Shown one piece after another: positions 1-13,512 of a DNA stretch of 64,000 nucleotides; position 1 is the stretch's first letter; every line of letters starts with the position of its first letter. The position numbers and the translations under genes were made by a program. Origin of the DNA: Heterodontus francisci (Eukaryota); assembly GCF_036365525.1 (NCBI RefSeq), contig NC_090377.1, positions 122,688,007 through 122,752,006 on the forward strand, given 5' to 3'. A model generated the notes under the pieces. It saw only the letters and a list, made by a program, of their open reading frames with translations. It ran no database searches and was not told where the DNA came from.

Positions 1-1727
1 CCTTGTAACCCTCTAGAGCACTGTCTGATCCTTGCTTCCTCAACCTTAAGTAAGCTTCCTTCTTCCTCTTGACTAGCTGTTCCACATCTCTTGTCATCCA
101 AGGTTCTTTCACCCTACCGTCCCTTCCCTGCCTCATCGGGACAAACCTATCCAGCAGTCGCAGCAAGTGCTCCCTAAACAACCTCCACATTTCTGTCGTG
201 CATTTCCCTGAGAACATCTGTTCCCAATTTATGCTCCCCAGTTCCTGCCTAATAGCATTGTAATTCCCCCTCCCCCAATTAAATATTTTCCCATCCCGTC
301 TGCTCCTGTCCCTCTCCATGACTATAGTAAAGGTCAGGGAGTCGTGATCACTATCACCGAAATGCTCTCCCACCGAGAGATCTGCCACCTGGCCTGGTTC
401 GTTGCCAAGCACCAAGTCCAACATAGTCTCCCCTCTAGTCGGCCTATCTACATATTGAGTCAGGAAACCTTCCTGGACACACCTGACAAAAACTGCTCCA
501 TCCAAACTATTTGCACTAAGGAGGTTCCAATCAATAGTAGGGAAGTTGAAGTCACCCATGACAACAACCCTGTTACTTCTGCACCTTTCCAAAATTTGCC
601 TCCCAATCTGTTCCTCCACGTCTCTGCTGCTATTGAGGGGTCGATAGAAAACTCCCAACAAAGTAACTGCTCCTTTCCTGTTTCTGACTTCCACCCATAA
701 TGACTCAGTAGACAAACCCTCCTCGACGACCTCCCTTTCTGCAGCTGTGATACTATCCCTGATTAACAATGCCACTCCCCCACCTCTTTTACCTCCCTCC
801 CTATTCCTTTTGAAACTTCTAAACCCTGGAACATCCAACATCCATTCCTGCCCCTGTGATATCCACGTCTCCGTAATGGCCACAACATTGTAGCTCCAAG
901 TACTGATCCACGCTCTAAGTTCATCACCCTTATTCCTGACACTTCTTGCGTTAAAATAAACACACTTCAACCCATCATACTGGCTGCAACTTTGCCCTGT
1001 CAACTGTCTAACCTTCCTCACAGACTCTCTGCACTCTGTATCTGCCTGTTCAACAGCTACCCCATCCACTGATCCGTGGCTCCGGTTCCCATCCCCCTGC
1101 CAAACTAGTTTAAACCCTCCCGAAGAGCTCTAGCAAACCTCCCGCCCGGGATATTGGTGCCCCTCCAGTTCAAATGCAACCCGTCCTTCTTGTGCAAGTC
1201 CCACCTTCCCCACAAGGTATCCCAATGATCCACGTATCTGAATCCCTCCCTCCTACACCAGTTCTGTAGCCACGTGTTCAGCTGCACTCGCTCCCTGTTT
1301 CTAGCCTCACTAGCACGTGGCACCGGTAACAATCCTGAGATTACTACTCTGCTTGTCCTGCCTTTCAGCTTCCAACCTACCCTATATTCGCTTTTCAGGT
1401 CCTCATCCCTTTTCCTAGCTATGTCATTGGTACTGATATGTACCACGACCTCTGGCTGCTCCCCCTCCCCCTTAAGAATCCTAGAAACACGATCCGAGAC
1501 ATCCCTGACCCTGGCACCCGGGAGGCAACATACCATACGGGAGTCTGGTTCGCAACCACAGAATCTCCTGTCTGTTCCTCTAACCATTGAATCTCCCATC
1601 ACTATCGCTCTCCTATTCTCCCCCCTTCCCTTCTGAGCCACTGAGCCAGGCTCAGTGCCAGAGACCTGGCCACTGTGGCTTTCCTCTGGTAGGTCGTCCC
1701 CTACAATCGTATCCAAAACGGTATACG
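1..1727 (-). mobile_element. CR1 LINE, 5' part: ORF1 SGNH-esterase domain and start of ORF2 (AP endonuclease); runs off the left edge
   Basis: ORF 1105-1935 contains GDSMVRG..CLPGARV..VVVHISTND..DGLHLN (CR1 ORF1 esterase). The minus strand at ~340-560 reads VMGDFNFP and SDHDS (APE motifs). Confidence 0.9.
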
Positions 1728-1772
1728 TTTTTGGCTTCCCATTTCCAATTTCTCTCGTTTGTCTGTGGGTAA

Positions 1773-2700
1773 AATTCCAGATGCTAGCACCCAAATTTCT
1801 GTTATGGCCAGGTGAGAAAGAGGTCTTAGGGTTCCCTTTTAGCCTTTGTCTGGTCTTACTGTAACAGGGTTTTATTTTTAAACACACTATTTTTTTAAAC
1901 TCCCCTTTGGTGAATCCATGTTCACCGCTTTCCAATTATAAGGCAAAGAAACCAGCACAAACAGGCTTTCTTAGCTTTAAAGAAGAAAAGTTGAAATTTA
2001 GTAAACTTAAAACTTAAACTTTAATTTGGTTAATGCCTATGGATACATGCCGCACCCCACACTAGCATGCATATGTGATACACACATGCAAATAGAGACA
2101 GAAAAGAGCAGAAGAAAAATAAAGTGGAAAGGTTTGAGGTAATATCTGGAGAGTTGTTTTTAAGGTTCTTCGAGCTCACTGTAGAGTCCTTGATTGTAGG
2201 TAGATCTTTCTTTTCATTGGGGCCCAGTATTCTTCTTAAACCTTGTTCGCTGTAGGAGACTTTTCTCTCTTGGGGTTCATGTATCTTCAGTGGATTTAGA
2301 GGCTTATGATAAAGAGATGGGAGCAGACAGGAGAGATCTTCTCAGTTCAGGAGCAAACAGCTTTTTGCCTAAACTGTTTGTACAAATTCAAAAAACACAG
2401 GTTAGTCATATGACTAGCTGTTTGACCATGTCTGTTTGTGTATTCGGCCATCTTAGCAGTCAACCTGGAATGTGAGCTTCCCCACCTTCAATGTCTGGTG
2501 ATCAAAAGTACATTGTGAGTTGAATGTCAGGGAATGGCTGCTTTGTCCTTCCAAACACTGCCTGTTAATATGCAAATCTCTTTTCCAGCCACGGCTGATC
2601 TGTTCAATAAGTCCTTTCTTAACTTCAGTAACAGTTTAAAATCATGTTCATGACAAAATTAATGTGCCTCGTTCTTGGCAGGTGGGGGCCTAGCATGACA
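1773..2700 (-). mobile_element. ~900-bp LTR (1800-2700) plus degenerate primer-binding site; probable 5' LTR of a Gypsy/ERV-type element
   Basis: TG...CA termini (TGTTATGG...GCATGACA) and homology to 52719-53758. On the minus strand the LTR is followed by TGGGTGCTAGCATCTGGA, resembling the tRNA-Pro PBS TGGGGGCTCGTCCGGGA; AATAAA on the minus strand at ~1872. Confidence 0.75.
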
Positions 2701-2944
2701 AGAGGTTTACGAAGGGTAGAACATGAGAGACTGGGCAGGAGTGTGATGGAATAGTCAAGTCTAGGGTAGCAAAGGCATGGAAGAGGGTTTCAGCAGCAGA
2801 TGAATTGAGGCAGGAGTGGAGTCACACAGAGTATACCTGTGAACTTTAACTTTTTTGTGCATTTGTTTGTAAAATGGTGAGACAAAGAGCAGAATGCGCA
2901 AGTGTGGACATCAGATTTCAATACTATTAACATGTGGAGATACT

Positions 2945-3325
2945 AGAAAGACAGAGATTGCTTTCCTTGGAGCAGAGAACGTTAAGGGGAGTTTTAATAG
3001 AGGTGCTGAAAATTATGAAGGTTATTGACAGAGTAGATCGGGAAAAACTGTTTCCACTGGCAGTAGGGTCTGTAACCAGAGGATGCAAATAATTGGCACA
3101 AGAACCAGAGAGAAATGAATTGTTACGATCTGGAATTCACTGCCTGAAAGGGTGGTGGTAGCAGATTCAGTAGTAACTTTCAAAAGGGAATCAGATAAAT
3201 ACTTGAAAAGGAAAATATTACATGGCTATGGGGAAAGATCAGGGGAGTAGGACTAATTGGATAGCTCTTTCATAGAGCCAGCACAGGGCACAGTGGGCCC
3301 AATGGCTTCCTGTGCCATTAGATTC
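2945..3325 (+). mobile_element. CR1 LINE 3' end fragment
   Basis: Decayed LEQRxLRGxLIEVxKIM ORF2 C-terminus followed by a CR1-type 3' UTR. Confidence 0.75.
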
Positions 3326-4029
3326 TATCTCTGTAAAACAACCGAGCAGCATTGATATTATATGGTATGTAGCATTCTACTTGGCAGCCAGCACTTAATC
3401 CTGATGATTAATTCCCATTTGCACACCTCCCTTTGATCATTTTTATTGTCTGTGAAAGGCGAAGGAACCTGTCATGTATTTACTTGCCAAAGGGAATTGA
3501 TATAATAAAAACTATCCCCTTAATCCGTTGGTTCAGCTTCAGGACAGGCCAGTTGCTTGTAGCAAAAGCTCAGAGTTTGGAAGTAATTTACAGCCATATT
3601 TTTTTCTCTTGTTATTACGACAGATGACAACACTGAGCTGACACTGAGGAGGCACGATTTACTGCTGAGTCCCCAGTGAGTCACTGACCCAGATAAATCA
3701 GGCTCGGCAAAAATGCTTCATTTTATGGGTGAGATACTCCACTGAAAAGTATTACATTTCCTCAAACGCCAGCCAACTGCATCAATAGTACACCAAAAGA
3801 GATCTGAGCTCCTGGGATATTGGATTCATAATAAAAAGAGAGATTTATGTATATTGTATTTTGATAGAGAAGGATGGTAAATGAAATTCTGAATCCTTAT
3901 CTCTTCTCAACAGCGCAGCAACTTTATCCAGTAATTTACTGAACCATGCAAAGTCTGAATGTCCCAGGCTCAACCCCCAGTCTGTGCCGAGTTAACTGAT
4001 TTCATCAGAAAAAAAAAAGACTTGTATTT

Positions 4030-5900
4030 CAACAACAACTTGCCTTTATATAATGCCTTTAACATATTTAACATCCCAAGGTACTTCATAAGGACATATT
4101 AGGACAGGTGACCAAAAGCTTGATCAAAGATATAGGTTTTAAGGAGCATCTTAAAGGAGGGGAGAGTGGTAGAGAGGTAAAGAGATTTAGGGATTTTAGA
4201 GCCTAGGCAGTTGGTGGAGCAAAGGAAATTGGGGATGCACAGGAGGAATTGGAGGAACATAAATATCTTGGAGTGTTGTGGGCTGAAGGAGATTACAGAG
4301 ACAAGGAGGCAGGAGGCCATGGAGGGATTTGAAAACAAGGATGAGAATTTTAAATCCAAGGCATTATGGACTGGGAGCCAATGTGGGTCAATGAGCACAG
4401 GGATGATGGGTGAACGGCACTTGGCAGTTTTGGATGAGCTCATTTGCAGAGGGCAGTAGGTGCGAGGCCTGCCAGGGGAGCATTGAGAGGTAAAATAGGC
4501 ATGACTGAGGGTTTCAACAACAGATAAACCGGGGAAGGGGCGGAGATGGGTGATGTTACGGACGTAGTATTAGGCAGTTTTAGTGATAGAGAGGATATCG
4601 AGTCGAAAGCTCAGCTCAGGGTCAAATGGGATGTCAAGGTTGTGAATGGTCTGGTTCAGCCTCAGACAGTTGCCAGGGAGATGAGTGGAGTCAGTGGCTA
4701 GGGGACGGAGTTCGTGACTGGGACTGAAGAGAATGGCTTCGGTCATCCCAATATTTATTTGGAGGAAATTTCTGTTCATGCAATACTGGATGTCGGGCAA
4801 GTGGCATGACAAATTTGAAGCAATGGCGGGGTCGAGTGAGGTGGTGGTGAGGTAGAGCTGGGTGTTGTCAACATACATATGGAACTTGATGCATTTTTGC
4901 ATGATGTCGCTGAAGTGTAGCAGGTTGATGAGAAAATGGAGCGGTCTACGCATAGATCCTTGGGGGACTCTGAAGTAATGGTGTGGGAGCAGGAAGAGAA
5001 GCCTCTGCAGGTGACTCTCTGGCTATTGCCGGATACATAAGACACAGCTAGATGGTAGAGGAGGGATCTTGGAGAAGGATGGTGTGGTCAGATGCGTCAA
5101 AGGCTGCAGACAGTTTGAGAACGATCACACAGGATGTCATTTGTGACTTTGATTTGTGCTGTTTCAGTGTTGCAGCAGGGGCAGAAACCTGATTGCGGAG
5201 TTGAAGGAATAATGGGCATGGATTTGGGAGGCAACAGCATGTTCAAGGATTTTGGAGCTAAAGAGAGGTTGGAGATGGGGTGGTAGGTTGCAAAGATCTA
5301 GGATGGGTGTTTTGAAGAAGGTTTGATAATGACAAATTTGAAGGGGAGGGGGAGAGTACCTGAATAGAGAGAACTGTTTACAATATCAACTATCATGGGG
5401 GACAGGGAGGGAAGTTAGATAGTCAGCAGTTAGTGGGAAAAGGATCAGGGGAGCAGGAGGTGAGTCTCATGTGTTACATTTTAGGTAGCCTGGCGGTGAA
5501 GCATAGCACTGGAGCCAATCTTTACACACTTTATAAGTTTTTATTTACACATTACAAACATGCACCTCCAAATCCAACCAACGCAGTTTCAGTCCGTTCC
5601 TATATATATAGAAGCACAAGTGAATACAATTACACACCCATTTAATATAGTTATCAAGTTGGATAAGATGAGCTCAGAGAGGGCATGAGGGGAGATAGGA
5701 GAGAAACTGGAAAAAGATGCAAGTTCAGGGCTAGAGTGAGGGGAACCTTAGAGGAAGTTTGGTTCGATGGGTGAGGGGAAGGGAGAGAAGCAGCAAAGGC
5801 ATTTGAACGGATGGCCTCAATCTTAGTGACGAAGAAGTGCATGAGCTCCTTGCACTTGTTGGAGGTGAGGGTGGAGGAGACAGGGGAGAGGGGTTCAAGA
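4030..5900 (-). mobile_element. L2 LINE, decayed RT and 3' end
   Basis: ORF 4570-4953 FHMYVDNTQLY (YADD motif) ..MNRNFLQIN..TEAILF; ORF 4099-4443 has PVLxxxHWLPV and FKxLLKTYxF; (CAA)n tail at ~4030. Confidence 0.85.
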
Positions 5901-6139
5901 AGAGGTATTATAGACGGTTTGGGATGTCCTGAGGTAATGAAAAGTGCTAAATATATTGTATTCTGATTGAGAAGAAAGACTTATGCATGTTGTAATTTGA
6001 TACAGAAGGATGGTAAATGAAATTCTGAATCCTGATCTCTCCTTCACAGCTTCGCAAATTTATCCAGTGATTTACTGAACCATGAAAAGTATTAACATCC
6101 CAGCTTCCATTCCCCGTCTGTGCCAAGTTACCTGATGCA

Positions 6140-6540
6140 ACGTCTTTCATAACCTCAGGATGTCCCAAAGCGCTCTACAGCCAATTAAATACTTTTTGGA
6201 AGTGTAGTCACTGTCGTAATGCAGGAAATTTGGCAACCTATTTGTGCACAACACGGTCACAGAATCAGCATTGTGACGATGATCAGATAATCTGTTTTAG
6301 GATTTAGTTGAGCTTTAAAAATTGGCCAAGTCACAGTTGCGAACTCCCCCGCTCTTCTTCAAAATCGTGATTTGGACCTATTCCGTCCACCTGAGAGGGC
6401 AGATGAGGCCTCCGTTTAACGTTTAATCTGTAAGACAACACCTTTGCAGTGAACACTCATTACTCCACTGAAGTCAGCCTAGATTATGTGCTCAAGTCCC
6501 TGGAGTGAGGCTCAAACCCTCAACCTTCTGATTCAGAGAC
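6140..6540 (-). mobile_element. SacSINE1-like DeuSINE
   Basis: Reverse complement of the Deu-domain SINE seen at 7540-7950 and many other places in the window. Confidence 0.75.
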
Positions 6541-6850
6541 ACTACAACTCTCTGAGATCCTTTAATATGGCCTCGGGCATCTACCACTTCCTTTGCCCCA
6601 CCATTGCCAGTCATTCCTTTAGCCGTCTAGGCCCTACGCATGGAATTCCAGTTGACAAACCTCTTTGTCTCTCTATCTCCTTTAAAAAGCTGCTTAAAAA
6701 CTACCACTTTAAGTATGCATTTGGTCACCTGTCCTGAAGTCTCCTTCTTTGGCTCAGTGTCAATTTTTGTCTGATTGCACTCCTGTAAAATGTCTTGGGT
6801 GATTTTGCTACGTTAAAGAGCTATATAAATACAAATTGTTTGTTATTGCT
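6540..6850 (+). mobile_element. L2 3' end fragment
   Basis: FKKLLKNYHFKYAFG-type C-terminus and GCTATATAAATACAAATTGTT tail. Confidence 0.7.
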
Positions 6851-7539
6851 GTACTCTATCATAACTCATTAATTTTATCAACAGCATTCAAATTTGGATT
6901 TCTGTTTCCTGAGTTTCTTTCTCCTACTCCCTCCATACTTCCTTCTCTCCCTTCCTTTCCTGCATATGCCAACTTGCACTTCAGTACAGTTTCACAAGCT
7001 CCAGCAACCCTCTGTTACCTGGTCCTCGTTTTATATATGTGAGCCTCCCTAGAGGAACATCAGCAAGCCATTCAAGCACTGCAGCCTTTGCAGGCTGAGA
7101 CTGATCCTGCTCTGGGTGTAGGGGAAGTGAGTTAGCATTCGGACAGTGTTGTTACCAGACTCGGTGGGAGTTATGTGTAGTTTTTTTGTATTTTTGCAAT
7201 GGGCAATTGGAGAACTGGAATTTTTCTCAACCAGGACCCCATTCTGACCCTCAGTGCTCCCAACTCTGAGAAAGAAGCTCTGATCGATTGCGTTCATTAG
7301 GTGGCAGTGTCTTCACAATAATGCTTTTGGATCACACATCAGCCACTTAAACCCCTTTCATACTGAAACACAGGCAACTCTGACTTACACTGGAATTTCA
7401 GTCCTGAATTGTGAGTAATGCCACTAGTGGGTAACCCAGAAGCAAACTGTTGTGGGTTCTGCAGATTTCTCTTTATGGTTAGTGTGCCGTGATCTTGAAT
7501 AGTACAGGCACGCTATAGGTTGGTTATCCAGGCTGGTTC

Positions 7540-7950
7540 AGGTGTCAGCTGTGGCACGGTAGTATCATTCTCAGCTCTGATTTAGAAGGTTGAGGGTTCA
7601 AAATACCACTTAGGGAGTGCTGCACTGTTGGAGGTGCTGTTTCTCAGATGAGATGTTAAACCGACACCCTGTATGCCCACTCAGATGCACATAAAAGGTC
7701 CCATGTCACTACTTCAAAGAAGAGCAGGGGAGTTCTCCCCTGCGTCCTGGCCATTACTTGTACCTCAAGCAACATCACTAAAAAAACAGTTTATCTGGTC
7801 CTTATCACATTGCTGCTTGTGGGATCTTGCTGCCCAAAGATTGGCTGCCACATTTCCTACATTATAACAGTCACTTCACTTCAAAAGTCATTCATTGGCT
7901 GTGAAGTGCTTTGGGATGTCCTGAGGTTATATAAATGCAAGCTTTGCTTC
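7540..7950 (+). mobile_element. SacSINE1-like DeuSINE
   Basis: tRNA-like head, Deu core (GATGAGATGTTAAACCGA...AAAAGGTCCCATG...GAAGAGCAGGGGAGTTCTCCC) and L2-like tail TATATAAATGCAAG. Confidence 0.8.
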
Positions 7951-8096
7951 CTTTCTCTCATTTGTTGAAATGAAGCGATGTACTACATATTTTATTCACG
8001 AGAGAGTTAAAGGCTATATTATTATTTTTTTATAAAGAGGTTTGGTCACAATTTCTTTTAATCATGTACTCAGGATACCTAAACTTTAATAAGGTG

Positions 8097-8468
8097 TCAT
8101 AGTCATAGAGATACAGCACTGAAACAGGCCCTTCGGCCCACGCCGACCATCAACCACCCATTTATACTAATCCTACATTAATCCCATTTTTTCCCTCTCA
8201 CATCTTCCCTCAATTCTCCTACCACCTACCTACCTCTCACATCTTCCCTCAATTCTCCTACCACCTACCTACACTAGGGGCAATTTTTTACAATGACCAA
8301 TTTACCTGCAAGTCTTTGGCACATGGAAGGAAACTGGAGCACCCAGAGGAAACCCACACAGTCACAGGGAGAACTTGCAAACTCCGCACAGGCAGTACCC
8401 AGAACTGAACCTGTGTCGCTAGAGCTGTGAGGCAGTGGTGCTAACCACTGCGCCACTGTGCCGCCCCA
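8097..8468 (-). mobile_element. HE1-type V-SINE with an internal 39-bp tandem duplication (8195-8272)
   Basis: Reverse complement of the SINE at 19086-19436: tRNA-derived head, V-domain, CR1-like tail. Confidence 0.85.
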
Positions 8469-9361
8469 AAGGAATGTAAGAATTTATTGATGGAGGGAAA
8501 CTAAATTTTCAATAGATTTTTTTTTTGATACATAACATCACAAATTTCCAGAAAGATCTGTATCAAGTCAGCTGGGAGACAACTGTTATATATTATACAG
8601 ACTGCATAGAATCTATAGCACAGTCATAGGCTATAAGGCTCAACTGGTCTATGCTAGTGTTTATTCCCCATGTGAGCCTCCTCCGACCCCTCTTCATTTC
8701 ACCCTATCAACAAATCCTTCTATTCCTTTCTCCCTCACGTACTTAGCTAGCTTCTCCTAAAATGCATCCATGTTATTCACCTCAGCTACTCCTTGTGGTC
8801 ATGACTTCCACATTCTAACTACTCTCTGGGTAAGGAAGTTTCTCTTGAATTCCCTATTGGATTGAATGTTGGTTATTTATCATTCTTACACTGGAGAAGG
8901 AAAAAAGTTCAGCCATGGACACTATTCCTGATTGATATCCTGAGATTTCTGTTGGAACATGCCTTTATAAGAACATCACAAGATAATTACTGACTGGATG
9001 GCCATTCAGCATATCATACTTCTTTCAGTCAAAAGGCCCACTAAATTCTACAATTAAAGTTGTTGGTTCCAGAGTTTTTTGCCTCCAATATCCTATGTGG
9101 GAGCCCATTTCATGTATGGATCAGTCATTGTGTGTGAAAAAGAATTTTCTGAAACTAGTCCTAAATTTTCTTTTTACCAGTTTGAACCTGTGACCCCTTG
9201 TTCTACTCTTGCAAGTCCCATTGACCCATTACCTCTGTGCTTGCTGACCTACATTAGCTCCAGTTCCTCCTATGCCCGATTTTAAAATCAAGTCCCTTCA
9301 TGGCCTCACCCCTTCCTATCTCTGCAACATTCTCCTGCCCTAAACCCCTCCCCCCCCAGAA

Positions 9362-9950
9362 TCAGGTCAGAGGCTGGGTATTCTGAGGTGAGTAATTCAC
9401 CTCCTAATTCCCCAAAGCCTGCCCACCATCTACAAGGCACAAGTCAGGAGTGTGATGGAATATGCTCCACTTGCTTGGATGAGTGCAGCTCCAGCAGCAC
9501 TCAAGAAGCCCAACATCATCCAGGTCAAAGAAGCCCACTTGATTGGTATTGCACCTTAAATATTCACTGCTTCCCAACTTTGGCTACAGTGTGTACCAGC
9601 TACAAGATGCATTGCAGCATCTCACAAAGGTTCCTTCAACAATACCTTCCAAACCCGTGACCTCTACCACCTAGAAGGATAAGGGAACAAGCGCATAGGA
9701 ACACCACCACTTGCAAGCTCCCCTACAAGTCACACACTATCCCTATTTGGAAATATATCCGTTACTTCTCTGCCACTGGGTCAAAATCCTGGAACTCCCC
9801 ACCTAACAGCACTGTGGGTGTACCTAACCACATGGATTGCAACCGCTCAAGAAGGCGGTTCACCAACACCTTCCCAAGGGAAATTAGGGATGGGCAATAA
9901 ATTCTGGCCTTGCCAGTGATGCTCACATCCCATGAACAAATAAAAAAAAG
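9362..9950 (+). mobile_element. Jockey/CR1-group LINE 3' end, inserted in an L2 fragment (L2 continues 9955-10250)
   Basis: Homologous to 32120-32720; ends GGGCAATAAA...CACATCCCATGAACAAATAAAAAAAA. Confidence 0.8.
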
Positions 9951-12283
9951 TGTCTGTGCTTCTCCAATTCTGGCCTTTTGTGCATCCCCAATTATAATCA
10001 TGCCACATTGGCAGCTGTGCTTTCAGCTGCCTACGCCCTAAGCTCTGGAATTCCCTCCCTACACCTCTCCACCTCTCCTCCTTCATAACACTCCTTAAAA
10101 CCTATCTCTTTGACCAAGTTTTTGATTACCGGTCCTAAAATCTCCCGAGGTGGCTCGGTGTCAAATTTTGTTTGAGAACACTCCAGTGAAGCGCCATGGG
10201 ATGTTTTACTATGTTAAAGGCACAATAGGAAGACAAGTTGTTGTTGTAGTTTAATATAGATTTCTGTATTAGTCTTTCCACATCGCTCACGAGTGTTTTT
10301 TGGTAAAGATCATCAGCAAGATGAATTTCACCCTGACGTGCATAAATGTGACATTTTGGCTTATCCATTATGATCAGCGGTGCAGTTAAGTCTTAACTTT
10401 TCATTAATTACAGGTCAGTCTGCTGAAGTCATTTCAGATGCTCAAGAATGTCAGGCTGTGGATCAAATAAGACAAAAGAAAAGTTAAAATCCTCTGAGGA
10501 GCAATTTCAGCTAAATGCAATTTACTTCTTCACAGAACCCCCCTTGCCTTAGAGAAATGAAAGGTAATTATGAACCTTGATAACTCTTTAGACTGACAAT
10601 GAAGTACTCCTATTTCTTTTGTTCTTGACTATGATTTATAGGTTACTCATTCCCAGCAGCTGAAGTTTTGTTGCTTTTATTCTTGGGGGATTTTCAACGG
10701 GGACAGGGGGAAATGTGCTGGGAAGTTTTGTCCTGATTTCCCCTCTAAAGCTGTGACCTTTGCCCCTGTGCCTGTCTCAAACCATTGAAATCCAGTAGAA
10801 TAATAACTGGACTTTTCTCCATGGCACTGAGTACCCATTTCCTGCCATGCAAAATTCGCAGTACAGTCTATGCTTTTTATTATAATATGTGAAATTGTGG
10901 CAATTTTGTTTACACATTTCAATCTTCTGTTAACTGTCTCAGGAGGGCTTGGAATGGTGCAGTTTGGTGACGTGTTCCGTCTGACTGCAATTGATCAGAT
11001 GCAGGTCTAAGCATGCCTTTCTGCTCAGGAGGGAAAATTCTTGGTTTTGCAGAATGTATAGGGTTTCTATAATTTGTCTCCCTCTACATTGGAGAGTTGC
11101 TTGAAGCTTACCCTTCACTTTCAGTTGGGTCCTGCCTGGATTTCTTCTAATCCAAGGCTTCTCTTCAGCCTGTAGAATGGCTCTGTTTTGTCTTCGGACT
11201 TCCGCCTGTCGTACGATCTGAATTGCCTTCTCGCATGTAAGGTCATCTTTCAACTGTAAGAGATCGGGAAAAGACTCTTCAGCTCTTCCGACAACTATTC
11301 AGATCTGCCTTTAATTCTCCATAGTCACATCCCTCAGCCAAACTGTACAGATCATTTATAAAAGAATCTACAGATTAGCCTATCTTCAGGATTTGCTTGT
11401 TAAATTTTGCTCACTCCAGAATTTTGTTACTGTGTAAATTGAAATATTTGTCGAAGGCTGGTAACATCCTCAAATTTATCAGATGCCTCGTTTATGCTTC
11501 ACAATTGCATCATCTGCATATGCACCTGTAGAGTATAAGAGGGTATTAACTTGTTCTGCTTCTGATTTAGAATGAAACAGGGAAGCAATCCTAAATTGGA
11601 GGAATCTATTTCTCCATAAAGTCCAACTTTGTTCCTGATTGGGTCCTTCCTGATTGTGGAAGCTTTCAGGCATTCTAAATTTTGAATACATTCTGTTTTC
11701 TTGGCTTTGTTAGGATTTTTTAGGGTGTTTCCCTTTCTTTTTAAAATGTATTGGCTTTAATGGAGGTGTTAATGCTCTTTCTAGGGGTTTCCCACACTTT
11801 CCGGGAATTCCTGTGCTCTCTCTCTGCGGTCTGGCTGAGTAATGGCTGCCGACTCCACCCGACTCCCAACTCGCCTTTTCGCTCAAGATCAACCTCGCTC
11901 CCCAATTTTTTCACACAGTGCGCTGTTGTCCACAATGGCCCCTTTTTAAAAATCTCTCACCCAATCCTGAAACGTCACCCGGCACTGTGAGTGGGAATCC
12001 GATTGCTGGACCTGGTGTTTCGTGGCAGACCATCGCGCTGCTGTTGCACAGTCTGAATGCCTGTACAGCTGCAGTTCTGGAGCTCTTTGCAGTCCCCTGA
12101 TGAGATCTGCTGTTCTCTTGGCACTGCTTCATGAGGTAAGGTGTTCTCCATACTTTCTGGTCGTTCTAACCGGTGCCACCATATTGTGTGTTGTTGTAGC
12201 AGGAGTAGCGTAGTTAGGGCATTCTTGATAAGGTCTCGGAGTCTGGATAAGGTCAACTAATAACTCTTATATTATTTACACAT

Positions 12284-13498
12284 ACCCCACTCCTGCGCCG
12301 TGGCAGTCACCCGAGCCATTTTCCGCTTCGTCTGGGGATCTAAAATGGACCGAGTCCGGAGGGACACGATGTTCAAATCTCTGGACATGGGCGGGAAAAA
12401 TGTACCTAACGTGGCCCTCATCCTGATGACCACCTTCGTGTGCGGCTGCATCAAGCTATGTGTAGATCCCCAGTACGCAAACTCCAAGTGTCACTACGTG
12501 CTGAGGTTCTATCTGTCCCCGGTGTTGCGAAGGATGGGCCTGGTCACATTGCCGCGGAACGCACCATGCAGTTGGGCGGCGCCGTACCACCTATCCTTCG
12601 TGGAGCAGTTTCTGCGGAAAAACACCTTTGACCACCAATCCATCAGGCAGTGGTTTGCACGGAATGTCCTCAAGGCCCTACGGGAAAAGGAAACGGTGGA
12701 TCCTGTCGGATGGTTCCCCGAGCAGACCGTCAAAGTCATTTGGCGGAATGCCTCATCACCAGAACTTTCAAGCAAGCACCAAGACGTAGCTTGGCTGGTG
12801 GTGAGAAGGGCCCTCCCCGTCAGATCCTTCATGCACACCCGAAGTCTCGCCCCCTCCGCACAGTGCCCCCGCGTTGGCTGTGGTGGGGAAGAGACGGTCG
12901 CCCACCTCCTCCTGCAAAGCAGGTGTGGAAAGAGATGCAGTGGTTTTTGTCAAGGTTCATCCCAAGCAGCTCTGTAACACAGGAGTCTGTGCTCTACGGG
13001 CTGTTCCCAGGGACGCACACCGAGACAATCATCAACTGCTGCTGGAGGACTATCAATTCGGTGAAAGACGCCCTTTGGTTTGCCCGAAACCTGCTGGTCT
13101 TCCAGCGCAAAGAGTTGTCCACCACCGAATGTTGCAGACTGGCACATTCCAAGGTCCAGGACTACGTGCTGAGGGACGCACTAAAGCTTGGGGCAGCCGC
13201 AGCAAAGGCTCAATGGGGAAAGACCACAGTGTAAGGTTCCCCCACCAAGCTGGACTGAGGGGCTGGAACCACGGGAAGCCCCTCGAACTGTATCGTTAAT
13301 ATTCTCAATTGCTGTAAATGTAAAACTGTAATTGACATGACAATTGTGAAACGGAAGGGTTGGGAAGAAACTCATGACATTATTGAAAGAAACTGATCTC
13401 TTTTGCAATGTTTGTATTTTTTCGTGCTGTTTGGAAACTGTTTGGCAATGTAATTTTTACAGAGTTTTATGAATAAAGTATATTTTGGAAAAAAAAAA
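12284..13498 (+). mobile_element. Tx1 (L1-clade) LINE, 5'-truncated, copy 1
   Basis: ORF2 C-terminus IFRFVWGSKMDRV..GG..VPN and zf-RVT (CPRxGCGGEETVAHLL); AATAAA, poly(A), TSD ATTATTTACACAT. Confidence 0.9.
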
Positions 13499-13512
13499 TA
13501 TTATTTACACAT

